A stretch of 41,190 nt of DNA from a virus, in IMG/VR virus record IMGVR_UViG_3300027533_000012, positions 1-41,190 of that record; one strand, written 5' to 3'. Below, piece after piece: positions 23,165 through 31,397 of the stretch; positions within the stretch are counted from its first letter, which is position 1; each line of letters opens with the position of its first letter. Under the pieces are notes generated by a model. It saw only the letters and a program-made list of their open reading frames with translations. It was not told the origin of the DNA and did no database searches. A program made the position numbers and the translations under genes.

Positions 23165-24505
23165 ATGCGCTTCCACCCCACGCGCGGCACGCTCTGCGGC
23201 GGCAAAGGCACCATCGCCCTCTGGGTCTGGGACTGGTATACCCACGAACCCAAACGGCTCCTGACCAATCCTGACGGCTCCCAAGCGATGGGCGGCGATA
23301 TCTGTTGGTTAGCCGAGACGGCCATCAGCCAGGTCGTCAACCCGACGCCGAAACTGGTCCAGTTCCCGACCGCGCTGAACTACCAGCAGCAGCCGTGGCC
23401 GCAGTCGGAAGGCGGCGGCAACCAGATGCGCGCCACCGGCAAGGTCGGATGGGCCTGCACCTTCGCCAACCCGCTCAACACCTACGGCACGTATCCCGAT
23501 GGCACACCATTCACCGGCTCGAAAGAATGGATTCTGGACGCCGACGGCGACACACTTGTGTTTTCTGACCCAGCAGACCCCACATGGGCTGAACTTGAAC
23601 CGTATCTCAAACTCGGATTACATGACTACTACCCGCGCACGGTTGATGCGCGTTGGGCGCCGGACTACCTACCCGATTCCGTGCGTCTCAAAGGCCGCGT
23701 GCTGGTCTACTGCCTCGCGCATGGCGTGAAGCTCCAAGTCGAGATTGACGGCCTCCCGGTGCAGGTCCAGACGACCGGAGACGGGCAATGGTCGCCGCTC
23801 GGGTTTGAAGTGAACGGCGTGCTCTACCTCTGGTATTTCGCCAGTGACGCGCTCGGGACCATCTTGCACCGCGCCGACGATGCCACCCGAGGCGCCAGAA
23901 CGCCATCTGCGTGGTCGAAAGACGTCTGGATGGACCCGAGTGGCCGTGTCTGGCTCGGGTTCGCCACCAACGAAGCGGAGAGCATCGACAGCGCGCAGGT
24001 CGTCGCGCTCGATTCGCTGCCGTGGGAAGCCTTTCACCATCCGGACCCACCCGATCCGCCTGACCCGCCGGACCCGCCAGACCCTCCGGTGCCACCTATT
24101 CCCCCGGAGCCACCTGTGCCGACCACGCGCAAAGTCTCGATTGCGACCCGTGTCCTCAATACCCGCTTCGGCGAACCCTCGCAAGGCTACGAGGAGCGGC
24201 CGACGTTCGACAAGCCGTTATCCCCCTCGGACCCGTGGCCGATGAAGGCCGGGATGATTCAAGGCGACGAGACGTATACCCTCCGGACCTCGCCGACCGG
24301 CGTGCCGTATCTCCAATGGCCGCACGGGCAAGTCATTGCCGTGCGAAAGCCCAACGGCGAACTCGGCGAGACGGCGTGGCCGGGAGAGTCTTACGAACCA
24401 GGTATCGACGAGCGGCTGAAAGCGACCGCTCAGTCTGGCGTCTATGTCGAAGCGGAGCCGCCGGCTGGACGTGCCGCGGTAGCGTTCGCGCTGGTGCTCC
24501 TTTGA
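23165..24505 (+). CDS. upstream ORF of a candidate two-frame gene; contains a (PDP)n Pro-rich linker; function unknown
   Basis: 446 aa with coding GC3 throughout. The linker is HPDPPDPPDPPDPPDPPVPPIPPEPPVP. The ORF ends CTC CTT TGA C. Confidence 0.7.
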   Translation: MRFHPTRGTLCGGKGTIALWVWDWYTHEPKRLLTNPDGSQAMGGDICWLAETAISQVVNPTPKLVQFPTALNYQQQPWPQSEGGGNQMRATGKVGWACTFANPLNTYGTYPDGTPFTGSKEWILDADGDTLVFSDPADPTWAELEPYLKLGLHDYYPRTVDARWAPDYLPDSVRLKGRVLVYCLAHGVKLQVEIDGLPVQVQTTGDGQWSPLGFEVNGVLYLWYFASDALGTILHRADDATRGARTPSAWSKDVWMDPSGRVWLGFATNEAESIDSAQVVALDSLPWEAFHHPDPPDPPDPPDPPDPPVPPIPPEPPVPTTRKVSIATRVLNTRFGEPSQGYEERPTFDKPLSPSDPWPMKAGMIQGDETYTLRTSPTGVPYLQWPHGQVIAVRKPNGELGETAWPGESYEPGIDERLKATAQSGVYVEAEPPAGRAAVAFALVLL

Positions 24506-24506
24506 C
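24500..24506 (+). promoter_or_regulatory. candidate programmed +1 ribosomal frameshift site CUU UGA C (prfB type)
   Basis: The exact heptamer lies at the only interval (24483-24503) where frame 2 and the start-less frame 0 can be joined. Confidence 0.5.
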
Positions 24507-25478
24507 GACCCGGCCCACCCGTGGCGCACTGGCGCTGACCTGCTACACGTCCACGGCGATTACGGGTCCGTCACCGACTCCCGCGGCTGGGCGCAGTTCT
24601 CACCGTTCTTCCTGACCTTCCTCGACGGCTGGCATCCTGAATACGCGGAGGAATGGGCGCAGAACTGGCGCAGCCGCGGCTACACGCACATCGCGCTCGG
24701 GCGGAACTACGACTACCCCGGCTCCCCGATTCCAGGCCGAGACTTCACCCCGCAGCAGTTCTGCGGCTATGTCCGTCGCGTGCTCGACATGGGCTTCAGC
24801 CCGATCTGCTTCCTCGCCGCCGACACGCCCGAGCAGCCCATCCTCGAGACGACGCAGGCACTGAAAGACGCGGGACTGCTGCCCTACGTCATCTGCGTGC
24901 CGGCGTGGGAACCGATACCGACGAACTACTGGCGCAGTGTGCAGATGTCGAATGCACTGGAGGGCATGAAGGCCATCGGCGGCAGCGAGATTGTCCTCGG
25001 GGTTCACTTGCAGCCGGGACGCTGGTCGATGGCGTCCTTCGCAGGCGTGATTCCGGCAACTGACCCGACACCACCCGGCACCGCCGTGCTCGAGGAGTTC
25101 GTCGACCCCGAGACGGGCGTGCTGATGAAATACCTCATCGAGGACGACGACCCGTGGCGCGGTGACGAGCAGGATGCGTGGAAGTCCCACGGCGGGCAAT
25201 ACGTGGACATCTTCCTGTATCAGTTTGAGCACGGGTTCACGCAGACGACGGCCCCGGACTGGCAGAACCGCTGGCGCGATGGGATTCCCCGGATGGGCAA
25301 CGGCTTGAACGGCTGGCGCGTGATGCCTGTCTGCGCCTTCGAGACGGTGCTCTATGATTCCTACCGCGGGAACTGCAACGAGACACGCGCGCGGGAGATT
25401 GCCGGCGAAGCCCGAGACATTGCCTGGAAAGAGTTCGGCGTGTCCGTCACGTTTGGAAACGGTTGTCCGCTTACTTAG
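24504..25478 (+). CDS. start-less +1-frame ORF with a TIM-barrel glycoside-hydrolase-like domain (tentative), probably read through from 23165..24505
   Basis: The frame is open from 24483 with no ATG, GTG or TTG before 24780, yet GC3 over 24540-24779 is about 85-90% by hand count. VPAWEP and LYQFEH are candidate catalytic Glu motifs. Confidence 0.55.
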   Translation, partial: DDPAHPWRTGADLLHVHGDYGSVTDSRGWAQFSPFFLTFLDGWHPEYAEEWAQNWRSRGYTHIALGRNYDYPGSPIPGRDFTPQQFCGYVRRVLDMGFSPICFLAADTPEQPILETTQALKDAGLLPYVICVPAWEPIPTNYWRSVQMSNALEGMKAIGGSEIVLGVHLQPGRWSMASFAGVIPATDPTPPGTAVLEEFVDPETGVLMKYLIEDDDPWRGDEQDAWKSHGGQYVDIFLYQFEHGFTQTTAPDWQNRWRDGIPRMGNGLNGWRVMPVCAFETVLYDSYRGNCNETRAREIAGEARDIAWKEFGVSVTFGNGCPLT

Positions 25479-25486
25479 GAGCCTTC

Positions 25487-25633
25487 ATGTCCAAGTTCCT
25501 CGACATTCTCATCAAATACGCCGAGTCGCATCCCGAGCAGATTCTGGCGATCATCCAGCAGATTCTGGACATCCTGAAGGCTAACCCGGCGCTGCTGCCG
25601 GAAGTCGTGGCCGCGCTGAAGTCGAAGGCGTGA
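25487..25633 (+). CDS. small helical protein (below the ORF-track size cutoff)
   Basis: 48 aa, MSKFLDILIKYAESHPEQILAIIQQILDILKANPALLPEVVAALKSKA, preceded by TAGGAG. Confidence 0.5.
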   Translation: MSKFLDILIKYAESHPEQILAIIQQILDILKANPALLPEVVAALKSKA

Positions 25634-25637
25634 AGCT

Positions 25638-25889
25638 ATGCGTCCCATCAATCCGATCCGCACGCTTCGAGAGGAGTTGTATCCGCATCAGATTGAGAAT
25701 CGCGTCGCACTGAACGCGCTATTGGACGGGTCCCAACAGCATTCGCGTATCACCCTGCGCTACGAGACGCCAGCGCCTAGATACTTCATCGACATGGCCG
25801 CGCTGCGCTTTCTCGGTGCGCGACTACTGGACTCTGCTGCGATTGGACTGCTCGTGTCCGTCGCCATCTACGTCTGGCGCGCACTGTGA
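25638..25889 (+). CDS. small protein with a C-terminal transmembrane segment (possible lysis-associated)
   Basis: 83 aa with the hydrophobic span AAIGLLVSVAIYVW. Confidence 0.4.
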   Translation: MRPINPIRTLREELYPHQIENRVALNALLDGSQQHSRITLRYETPAPRYFIDMAALRFLGARLLDSAAIGLLVSVAIYVWRAL

Positions 25890-26101
25890 AGCATCCGCTA
25901 TCGCCGGAGTTCTACGAGGCGTTGACCGAGTGGGATGAGCACCTTCGGCGGCTATCCTGCGCCTACATACAGGGCATGGCCGCTGAATACGACCGCATCT
26001 TCACCGAATCACCAGCACTCCCGGCTCCCGATGGAGCCAGCACACGGCGCCCACAACCGCCGCGAGTAGACCTGCCCACCAGCGGGCTCGGCCCAGACTA
26101 G
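25886..26101 (+). CDS. hypothetical protein; the 3' end overlaps the M50 gene antisense
   Basis: 71 aa with ATGA-type coupling. The last 101 nt are antisense to 26001..26840. Confidence 0.35.
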   Translation: MKHPLSPEFYEALTEWDEHLRRLSCAYIQGMAAEYDRIFTESPALPAPDGASTRRPQPPRVDLPTSGLGPD

Positions 26102-26840
26102 GCTCCAGCCACGACACCGGACTCGGCGCTGGCCCCGTGAGCAGCATCACCACGCCGACAAACAGCCACGTCAGCAGATGCGTGGCCTGCCAGGTCACGG
26201 GAATCCAGCAGGCGTAGGACACCCACTGCGCCCGCTTCGCCCCGATGAGGGCTGAGACAATCTGCCCGCCATCGAACGACCCATACGGCAGCAGGTTCAC
26301 GCCGGTCATCACCAGCCCAATCCACCCCGCCACCGCCACCGGATGCCAGACGACGGTCTGATGGCTGTAGAGATACTTCTGCCACGCCAGCGCCAGCCAC
26401 GGCTGTCCGAGCCGCGACAAGCCGTCTGAGGCGTCAGACGGAGCGGACCAGCCCATCGACACCAGCAGGATGACGATCGCGGCCGCAAAGCCCGCCAGCG
26501 GCCCGGAGAGGGCCACGTCGAACAAGGCGCGGCGAGAGGGGAACGGACCCGCGACACGGATGGTCGCCCCGAGCGTGCCCGTGACCAGGAACGGCGCCGG
26601 GATGAAGTAGGGCCCGGTCCATCGGATGCGGTAGTGGTCGATGACGACCAGATGGGCGGATTCGTGCAGGCCGATGATGCCGTGGAGCGCGGCGGAGAAG
26701 GCCAGCCCGTAGCCCCACGAGGCCCAGAACGGCAACCAGACGCCCGTGGCGGCCTCGTGGTAGCCGATGCCGTGGAACATGCCCGCCAGCGTCGTGGTCG
26801 CCCACGTCGCCAGCCAGAGCCCCACGACGCGACGGGTCAT
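26001..26840 (-). CDS. M50-family site-2 (intramembrane) metalloprotease
   Basis: 279 aa, polytopic. It has HESAH (an HExxH motif) in a hydrophobic segment and NLLPYGSFDGG (the NxxPxxxxDG second S2P motif). Confidence 0.8.
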   Translation of the reverse strand: MTRRVVGLWLATWATTTLAGMFHGIGYHEAATGVWLPFWASWGYGLAFSAALHGIIGLHESAHLVVIDHYRIRWTGPYFIPAPFLVTGTLGATIRVAGPFPSRRALFDVALSGPLAGFAAAIVILLVSMGWSAPSDASDGLSRLGQPWLALAWQKYLYSHQTVVWHPVAVAGWIGLVMTGVNLLPYGSFDGGQIVSALIGAKRAQWVSYACWIPVTWQATHLLTWLFVGVVMLLTGPAPSPVSWLEPSLGRARWWAGLLAAVVGAVCWLHREPGVLVIR

Positions 26841-27025
26841 CCCTTCGGCGGCGGGAAGATTTTGTCGAGGAGGGACGTCTGCGCTTCGAGCTTGGAGGGG
26901 AGCTCGTCACGCAGCCGGAGCGTCATCGGGTTGTGCCGACGGAGCCAGCGGTCGGCCAGCCGATGCACGAAGGACACCCACCAGATCGGACGGGTCATCA
27001 CCATACCGGATGGGACGGTCATCAT
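26837..27025 (-). CDS. small protein coupled to the S2P gene
   Basis: 62 aa with ATGA overlaps at both ends and good GC3. Contains TRPIWWVSFVHRLADRWL. Confidence 0.5.
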   Translation of the reverse strand: MMTVPSGMVMTRPIWWVSFVHRLADRWLRRHNPMTLRLRDELPSKLEAQTSLLDKIFPPPKG

Positions 27026-27234
27026 TCGGCCTCCCGGTTTCTGAGACAACGTGAGAGGGCGGACACGAGCCGGTCGTTGTGTCGGGCGAGGTCGTCGCGC
27101 TGTTTCAGAATGTCCCTCACCGCGAACGCCGGCCATATCCACCCCTTCAAAAACGCCACCACGATCAACGCCAGCAGTCCCGGCGCGGACAGACTCGTGA
27201 CCTTGCCAATGTCGGCCCACGGCAGCTGGTCCAC
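27022..27234 (-). CDS. single-pass membrane protein with a C-terminal coiled coil (holin/spanin-like)
   Basis: 70 aa from GTG 27234, which lies 2 nt after the preceding stop and is preceded by GGGTGG. The hydrophobic span is APGLLALIVVAFLKGWIW, followed by RDILKQRDDLARHNDRL. Confidence 0.5.
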   Translation of the reverse strand: MDQLPWADIGKVTSLSAPGLLALIVVAFLKGWIWPAFAVRDILKQRDDLARHNDRLVSALSRCLRNREAE

Positions 27235-27236
27235 GG

Positions 27237-27497
27237 CTAGCCACCCTGATTGCAGTCGAGCCCGAGCGGGCCGCAATACCACCACTGGACGAGTTCCCAC
27301 CCCGAGCCGAAGTTCTCCTGCCACCAGGCATCGTTCCGGCACAGTTCGCAGGTAATGCCGGATTCCGTGTTGGACGACTTCTTCAGCGCCGGATGGGCCA
27401 ACGCCTTCGCCAGCGCGGCAAACCCCGCCGACGGGTCATAGCCCTGTGCCCGGAGTAGTTCGACAATCGTCCCGAGCTTCTTCGGATACTGATGCAT
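27237..27497 (-). CDS. small Cys/Trp-rich protein
   Basis: 86 aa preceded by AAGGA. The C-terminus reads CELCRNDAWWQENFGSGWELVQWWYCGPLGLDC. Confidence 0.55.
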   Translation of the reverse strand: MHQYPKKLGTIVELLRAQGYDPSAGFAALAKALAHPALKKSSNTESGITCELCRNDAWWQENFGSGWELVQWWYCGPLGLDCNQGG

Positions 27498-27512
27498 GAG
27501 GGATGCCGTCCT

Positions 27513-28112
27513 TTACGGCACGTAAAGCGACTGGATCAGATACCCGGATGTCACCGGGAGGAGCACCATTTTCCCACCCGAGGCCAAGGAATACGCACCC
27601 GTATCCCCGTCGATCGTCTCGGACCCGTCCGGCGTCACCGACCACGCCACGGTGCAGTCGTTCCAAATCGATAGCGGCATCTGCCGATCCGCCGCCGCTT
27701 GGAGCGTCAGCACCTTCGCCACGGTGCCCGAGAACGTGACGAAGTTGTCATCATCCGTGACGGTGTAATTGGCGACCAGGTTCTTCTGGCCTTCCGCAAG
27801 AATCGTCCCGAGCTGCGAGAAGAACGTCTGCCCGATGTCCTCGACGCCGAGATACTGCCGAACCTGCACCATGTCCGCGTCGAAGATGGTGACGTCGTAG
27901 GCGCCGGGCTCGAGGAACACCGTCGCGTAGCCGGACGCATCCAACTGGACCGGGTTCATGTTCGCCACGTCCATGTCGGCCGTCGTCCACGTATCTTTGT
28001 CGGTATCTTCGCCCGCGACCTTGAACTGGACGAACCCGAGCCCGAGGTTATCCCCGTTCTCGTCTCGGATGCCATCAGCGGTCAGGTAGAACAGCGAACC
28101 AGGCACGCTCAT
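27513..28112 (-). CDS. virion/tail-associated protein
   Basis: 199 aa, beta-rich, with a 4-nt overlap on the upstream 626-aa gene. Confidence 0.4.
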   Translation of the reverse strand: MSVPGSLFYLTADGIRDENGDNLGLGFVQFKVAGEDTDKDTWTTADMDVANMNPVQLDASGYATVFLEPGAYDVTIFDADMVQVRQYLGVEDIGQTFFSQLGTILAEGQKNLVANYTVTDDDNFVTFSGTVAKVLTLQAAADRQMPLSIWNDCTVAWSVTPDGSETIDGDTGAYSLASGGKMVLLPVTSGYLIQSLYVP

Positions 28113-29989
28113 TGGTCATCCTTCTGATTGTTCGCCAACGCGACAGCGCGGGCGGTCCATGAGGCGACACGTCCAGCGTTCTTCGTGGGAATCGTGACGC
28201 CTTCAGTCAAGAGCCTGACACCGGCTGGCGAATGGAGGAACTTCGACGTCGCGCCGGCGCCGAGTTGCAGAAACAGCGCATTGACAGGGTCGAAGAATGC
28301 CTGAGCCCCCTGAGCCCCCTGAGCGGCGATGACACCGCTGCCGCTGGGATTGGGATTCTCGCCGAGCTTCTTCGCCAAGAGGAAGAACTTGTCGAGGTCG
28401 CTGACCAGCTTCGGGTCCGACTTGAACAGGATGGCTTTCGTCTGCGGCCCGAGCTTCTGCCAATCTGCCGCCAACTTCGCCGCCTTGACGAAACCGCCTT
28501 CAGCCGTCGCCTGCTCCAGCGCATCTTCGAGATATGCCCGCGCCACGTTTGGCATCTCGTTCGGCGCAACCTTGGCGATCGCCTTCAACTGGTCGACCGC
28601 TCCGTCCTTCGTCGCCGTCATCTGGCGGAAGAACTGCACCGGCTCGTCTTTGACCTGTTCCAGCGTGTCGATGACCGCGTGCTTGGCCGACGTCGCCGCA
28701 CGACCCGCCTTGAGCGCATCGATGGCGTCCTTGCCGCCAGCCGCGACCGCGGTATCGACCGCATCGCTCAACTGCTTGACGCCGTTCGCCGCCATGCCCT
28801 GCGTAATATCGCGCGCTTCCGGCATCGCCGCGCCACGCGCCATCTTCTTCAGTGCCGAGAGGTCGAGTTCGACCACCGACGCCGGCAGCACATCCGGACC
28901 TTCCACGAGATTCCGGATGGCCTGAAACGCGGGCGAGGCTTGCCGCTGTGTCTCCGGCCACGTCCGCAGCCACTTGTCGTAGGTCTGTTTAAGCGCAGCC
29001 TTCGGACCTTTCAGGTCCACCGGAAACGCCATCGTCTCCATCACGGGTTGCGTGACGCGCGTGCCCGTCACGGGCAGCGTGACTTCTTTCGTGCCGACCT
29101 GGACCGACTTCTGAGCCGCTGGCGAGGCTTCCAACTGCCGCAGCGTGTCATACGCCGCATTGGCTTCGCTGTGCAGGTCGGAGACGGTCGTCTCAATGGC
29201 CTTCTGGACCGACTTCGCGCCGGCATACGGTGTCGTCGCCGCGCCTTGATTCGCCCGCTTGGCCAGCGCGTCCCCGGCACTCGTGAGGCCCGCGGCTTCC
29301 TTCTTCGCCACGTCTCGCGCGACGACGCCACCAGCCAGCGACCGATCCGCCAGATACTCGGCACCCTTCACGACGGGATTCTGTGTCGCCGTCGCCGCAC
29401 TGACCGGGATGCCCTGCGACTGTCCAAACTTCACCGCCGCCGCTTCTTCTGGCGTGGCGCGTCCAAGCTTCGTCAGGTTCTTGACGTATGGCGCCGCAGC
29501 CTTGAGAGCGGGAGCGACCACGGCAGACCCGACCGCCTCTCCCGCGCCTTGGATGCCGCCCTGAATGGCGATACCTTTGGCCGCTTCGGTCGCCGTCTTC
29601 GGCGCGTCACGTCCAAGCCAGCGATTCGCCAACTGCCGCCACGCCTCGCCCGTGGCCCCACCAGCCGCCGCACCGGCGACCATGCCCGGCACGGCACCAG
29701 GCGCACCGATGAGGCCACCTGCGACCCCTCCGACCGTCGGGAGCAGGTCTACGGTGTCTTCGATGTCTTTGCGCGATGAGACGGCGAGTTTCCCCACCAA
29801 CGGACTGAGCGGACCAGTGGCCGGAGCCACCATCGCCAGCGCCTTGCGCCATGCCGGGAGTTCTTCCGTCTTGGCCGGTTCGGCGGCTGGAGTCGCTGGT
29901 GTCGTCGCTTTCAGGTCGTCGGCGAAACTGCCCGACTTATTGACCGCGGCGAGGTCGTCAGCGAACGACGTAGCCTTCTGCTGCGGCAC
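28109..29989 (-). CDS. large internal virion / ejection protein (putative)
   Basis: 626 aa, Ala/Gly/Lys-rich and mostly helical, located in the run of large genes after the tail genes. Confidence 0.4.
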   Translation of the reverse strand: MPQQKATSFADDLAAVNKSGSFADDLKATTPATPAAEPAKTEELPAWRKALAMVAPATGPLSPLVGKLAVSSRKDIEDTVDLLPTVGGVAGGLIGAPGAVPGMVAGAAAGGATGEAWRQLANRWLGRDAPKTATEAAKGIAIQGGIQGAGEAVGSAVVAPALKAAAPYVKNLTKLGRATPEEAAAVKFGQSQGIPVSAATATQNPVVKGAEYLADRSLAGGVVARDVAKKEAAGLTSAGDALAKRANQGAATTPYAGAKSVQKAIETTVSDLHSEANAAYDTLRQLEASPAAQKSVQVGTKEVTLPVTGTRVTQPVMETMAFPVDLKGPKAALKQTYDKWLRTWPETQRQASPAFQAIRNLVEGPDVLPASVVELDLSALKKMARGAAMPEARDITQGMAANGVKQLSDAVDTAVAAGGKDAIDALKAGRAATSAKHAVIDTLEQVKDEPVQFFRQMTATKDGAVDQLKAIAKVAPNEMPNVARAYLEDALEQATAEGGFVKAAKLAADWQKLGPQTKAILFKSDPKLVSDLDKFFLLAKKLGENPNPSGSGVIAAQGAQGAQAFFDPVNALFLQLGAGATSKFLHSPAGVRLLTEGVTIPTKNAGRVASWTARAVALANNQKDDQ

Positions 29990-31397
29990 GGGCTTTCTCC
30001 TGTTCTACGGTCGTTCCGTTGCGCTTGGCGACAGCCTGAATCTGCGCCATCGACACTTCCTTGTCGCCACCACCAGCCGTCGGCGCTTCACCGCCTGCTA
30101 CGGCGTAGATGTTCTTCTCGTGGCGCACGAGGAAATCCCGCAGCGACTTCAACTTGGCCTGAATCCGGCTGTCGCTGTCGTTGATCGTCGGCGTGTAGGT
30201 GTCGAGCAGTTTCTGCTCCGATGGCGTGAACGACGTGCCTCCGCGCAACTTGGCGATGGTGCCTTGGATGTTGCCGAGTTCATTCCGCAGTTGTTCTTCA
30301 TCCTGCGTGCCGATGCCGACCTGCGACAGCGCCTGATTGATGCTGCCGCTGTAACCAGCACCAACACCCTTCCACCCGATCTGGTTGCCGCGCTTCTCGA
30401 CCGCATCGATGAGGCCAACGAGGTCACGACCGACCACGACGTCACCCTGAGCACCGACGCCGAGCTTCGGCGTGGCTGGTGTCCCATCCGGACCCGTGGT
30501 CGGCTTGGGCTGACTGAGACGTGATTCCGTGCGCTCACGGAGGCGCAACTGCTGCGCCCGATACGCTTCGGTCGCCGACGCGGCCTTGTCCTGACGCGCA
30601 TTGTCGGCGTCACGATCTGCCTGTAGCGCCGTCGCCGACGCCTGCCTGTCGCTGATGGTCGCCCGTTCATTCGCCGTCAGAGCCAACTGGCCCATCTTGG
30701 CCACCGACTCCGGCGAGAACGCGCCTGCCGACTGAATCACGCCCGCCGGCACGCCCGCTTCTTTCCCAAGCCCGACCACCGCCGCCCATTCCTCAGGCGA
30801 CTCCGTCAGACTCAGCCGGTCATAGAAGCCCTTCGCCGGATTGGACCCGAACATGTCCTCCAGCGCCTGCTTCTGCTTCGCCGCGAACTCCTTCGCCGGC
30901 GTGCCCATGTCGATGATGGTCTTGATGGCGGCAGGGTCAAACGTCGGCGGCAGGGCTTTCAGGAAAGACTGCTTCTCCGGGTCATCTCCGGCCAGCTTCG
31001 TCAGCGCGGCCTGAACCACGGGATAGTTTTGCGGATTCGCCGCCTGCAGCAACTGCGCGGCATGGCCCATCCCCTTGATATCCGCGTCCATGTCAGCGAT
31101 GACGGCGTCTCGAACGCTCTTGCGATGCGTGTCGAGGCCCTTCTGGAGTTCATCGCCGAGCTTTGGATTGATCTTGTAGACACCCATCACAGCGGACTCT
31201 TGATCGGGCGCCGACTCCAACACGGCACGAATCGCCGCGTCATCCTTCGCGGCCTGCTCAATCTTCATCCGTTCGGCTTGCGTCTTGGCGGTCTGTTCTT
31301 CCTTCTGCGCCCGCACCAGGTCACGCGCCTGCTGCACCGACGGGTCATACGGCTTGATGACGTTGAGTTGTCCGAAGACGTCAGCGGCCATCATCAA
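29958..31397 (-). CDS. internal virion / ejection protein (putative)
   Basis: 479 aa, helical and charged. The call rests on position only. Confidence 0.4.
   Translation of the reverse strand: MMMAADVFGQLNVIKPYDPSVQQARDLVRAQKEEQTAKTQAERMKIEQAAKDDAAIRAVLESAPDQESAVMGVYKINPKLGDELQKGLDTHRKSVRDAVIADMDADIKGMGHAAQLLQAANPQNYPVVQAALTKLAGDDPEKQSFLKALPPTFDPAAIKTIIDMGTPAKEFAAKQKQALEDMFGSNPAKGFYDRLSLTESPEEWAAVVGLGKEAGVPAGVIQSAGAFSPESVAKMGQLALTANERATISDRQASATALQADRDADNARQDKAASATEAYRAQQLRLRERTESRLSQPKPTTGPDGTPATPKLGVGAQGDVVVGRDLVGLIDAVEKRGNQIGWKGVGAGYSGSINQALSQVGIGTQDEEQLRNELGNIQGTIAKLRGGTSFTPSEQKLLDTYTPTINDSDSRIQAKLKSLRDFLVRHEKNIYAVAGGEAPTAGGGDKEVSMAQIQAVAKRNGTTVEQEKARAAAEGYVVR

Noticed and set aside
23990-24130. 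Short tandem DNA repeats (CCGGACCCACCCGATCCGCCTGACCCGCC...) that could look like a repeat array or CRISPR
   Set aside because: They lie in frame inside ORF 23165..24505 and encode a PDPPDPPDPP Pro-rich linker. There is no spacer-repeat architecture anywhere in the window.
24540-24545. CTG 24540 as a non-canonical initiation codon for an independent glycosidase-like gene
   Set aside because: No purine-rich ribosome-binding site precedes it, and coding-like sequence (DDPAHPWRTGAD) continues upstream to the CUU UGA C site. This cannot be fully excluded without data.
24235-25063. Alternative frames across the frameshift region (24235..24615 + and 24653..25063 +) as the true downstream gene
   Set aside because: Both have poor third-position GC and Arg/Ser/Pro/Ala-rich products. 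Frame 0 from 24504 has the coding signal.
27022-27342. The 106-aa track ORF starting at ATG 27342
   Set aside because: Its first 36 codons overlap the 86-aa gene out of frame and read as Arg/Gly/Val-rich filler. GTG 27234, 2 nt after the upstream stop, gives a compact 70-aa membrane protein.
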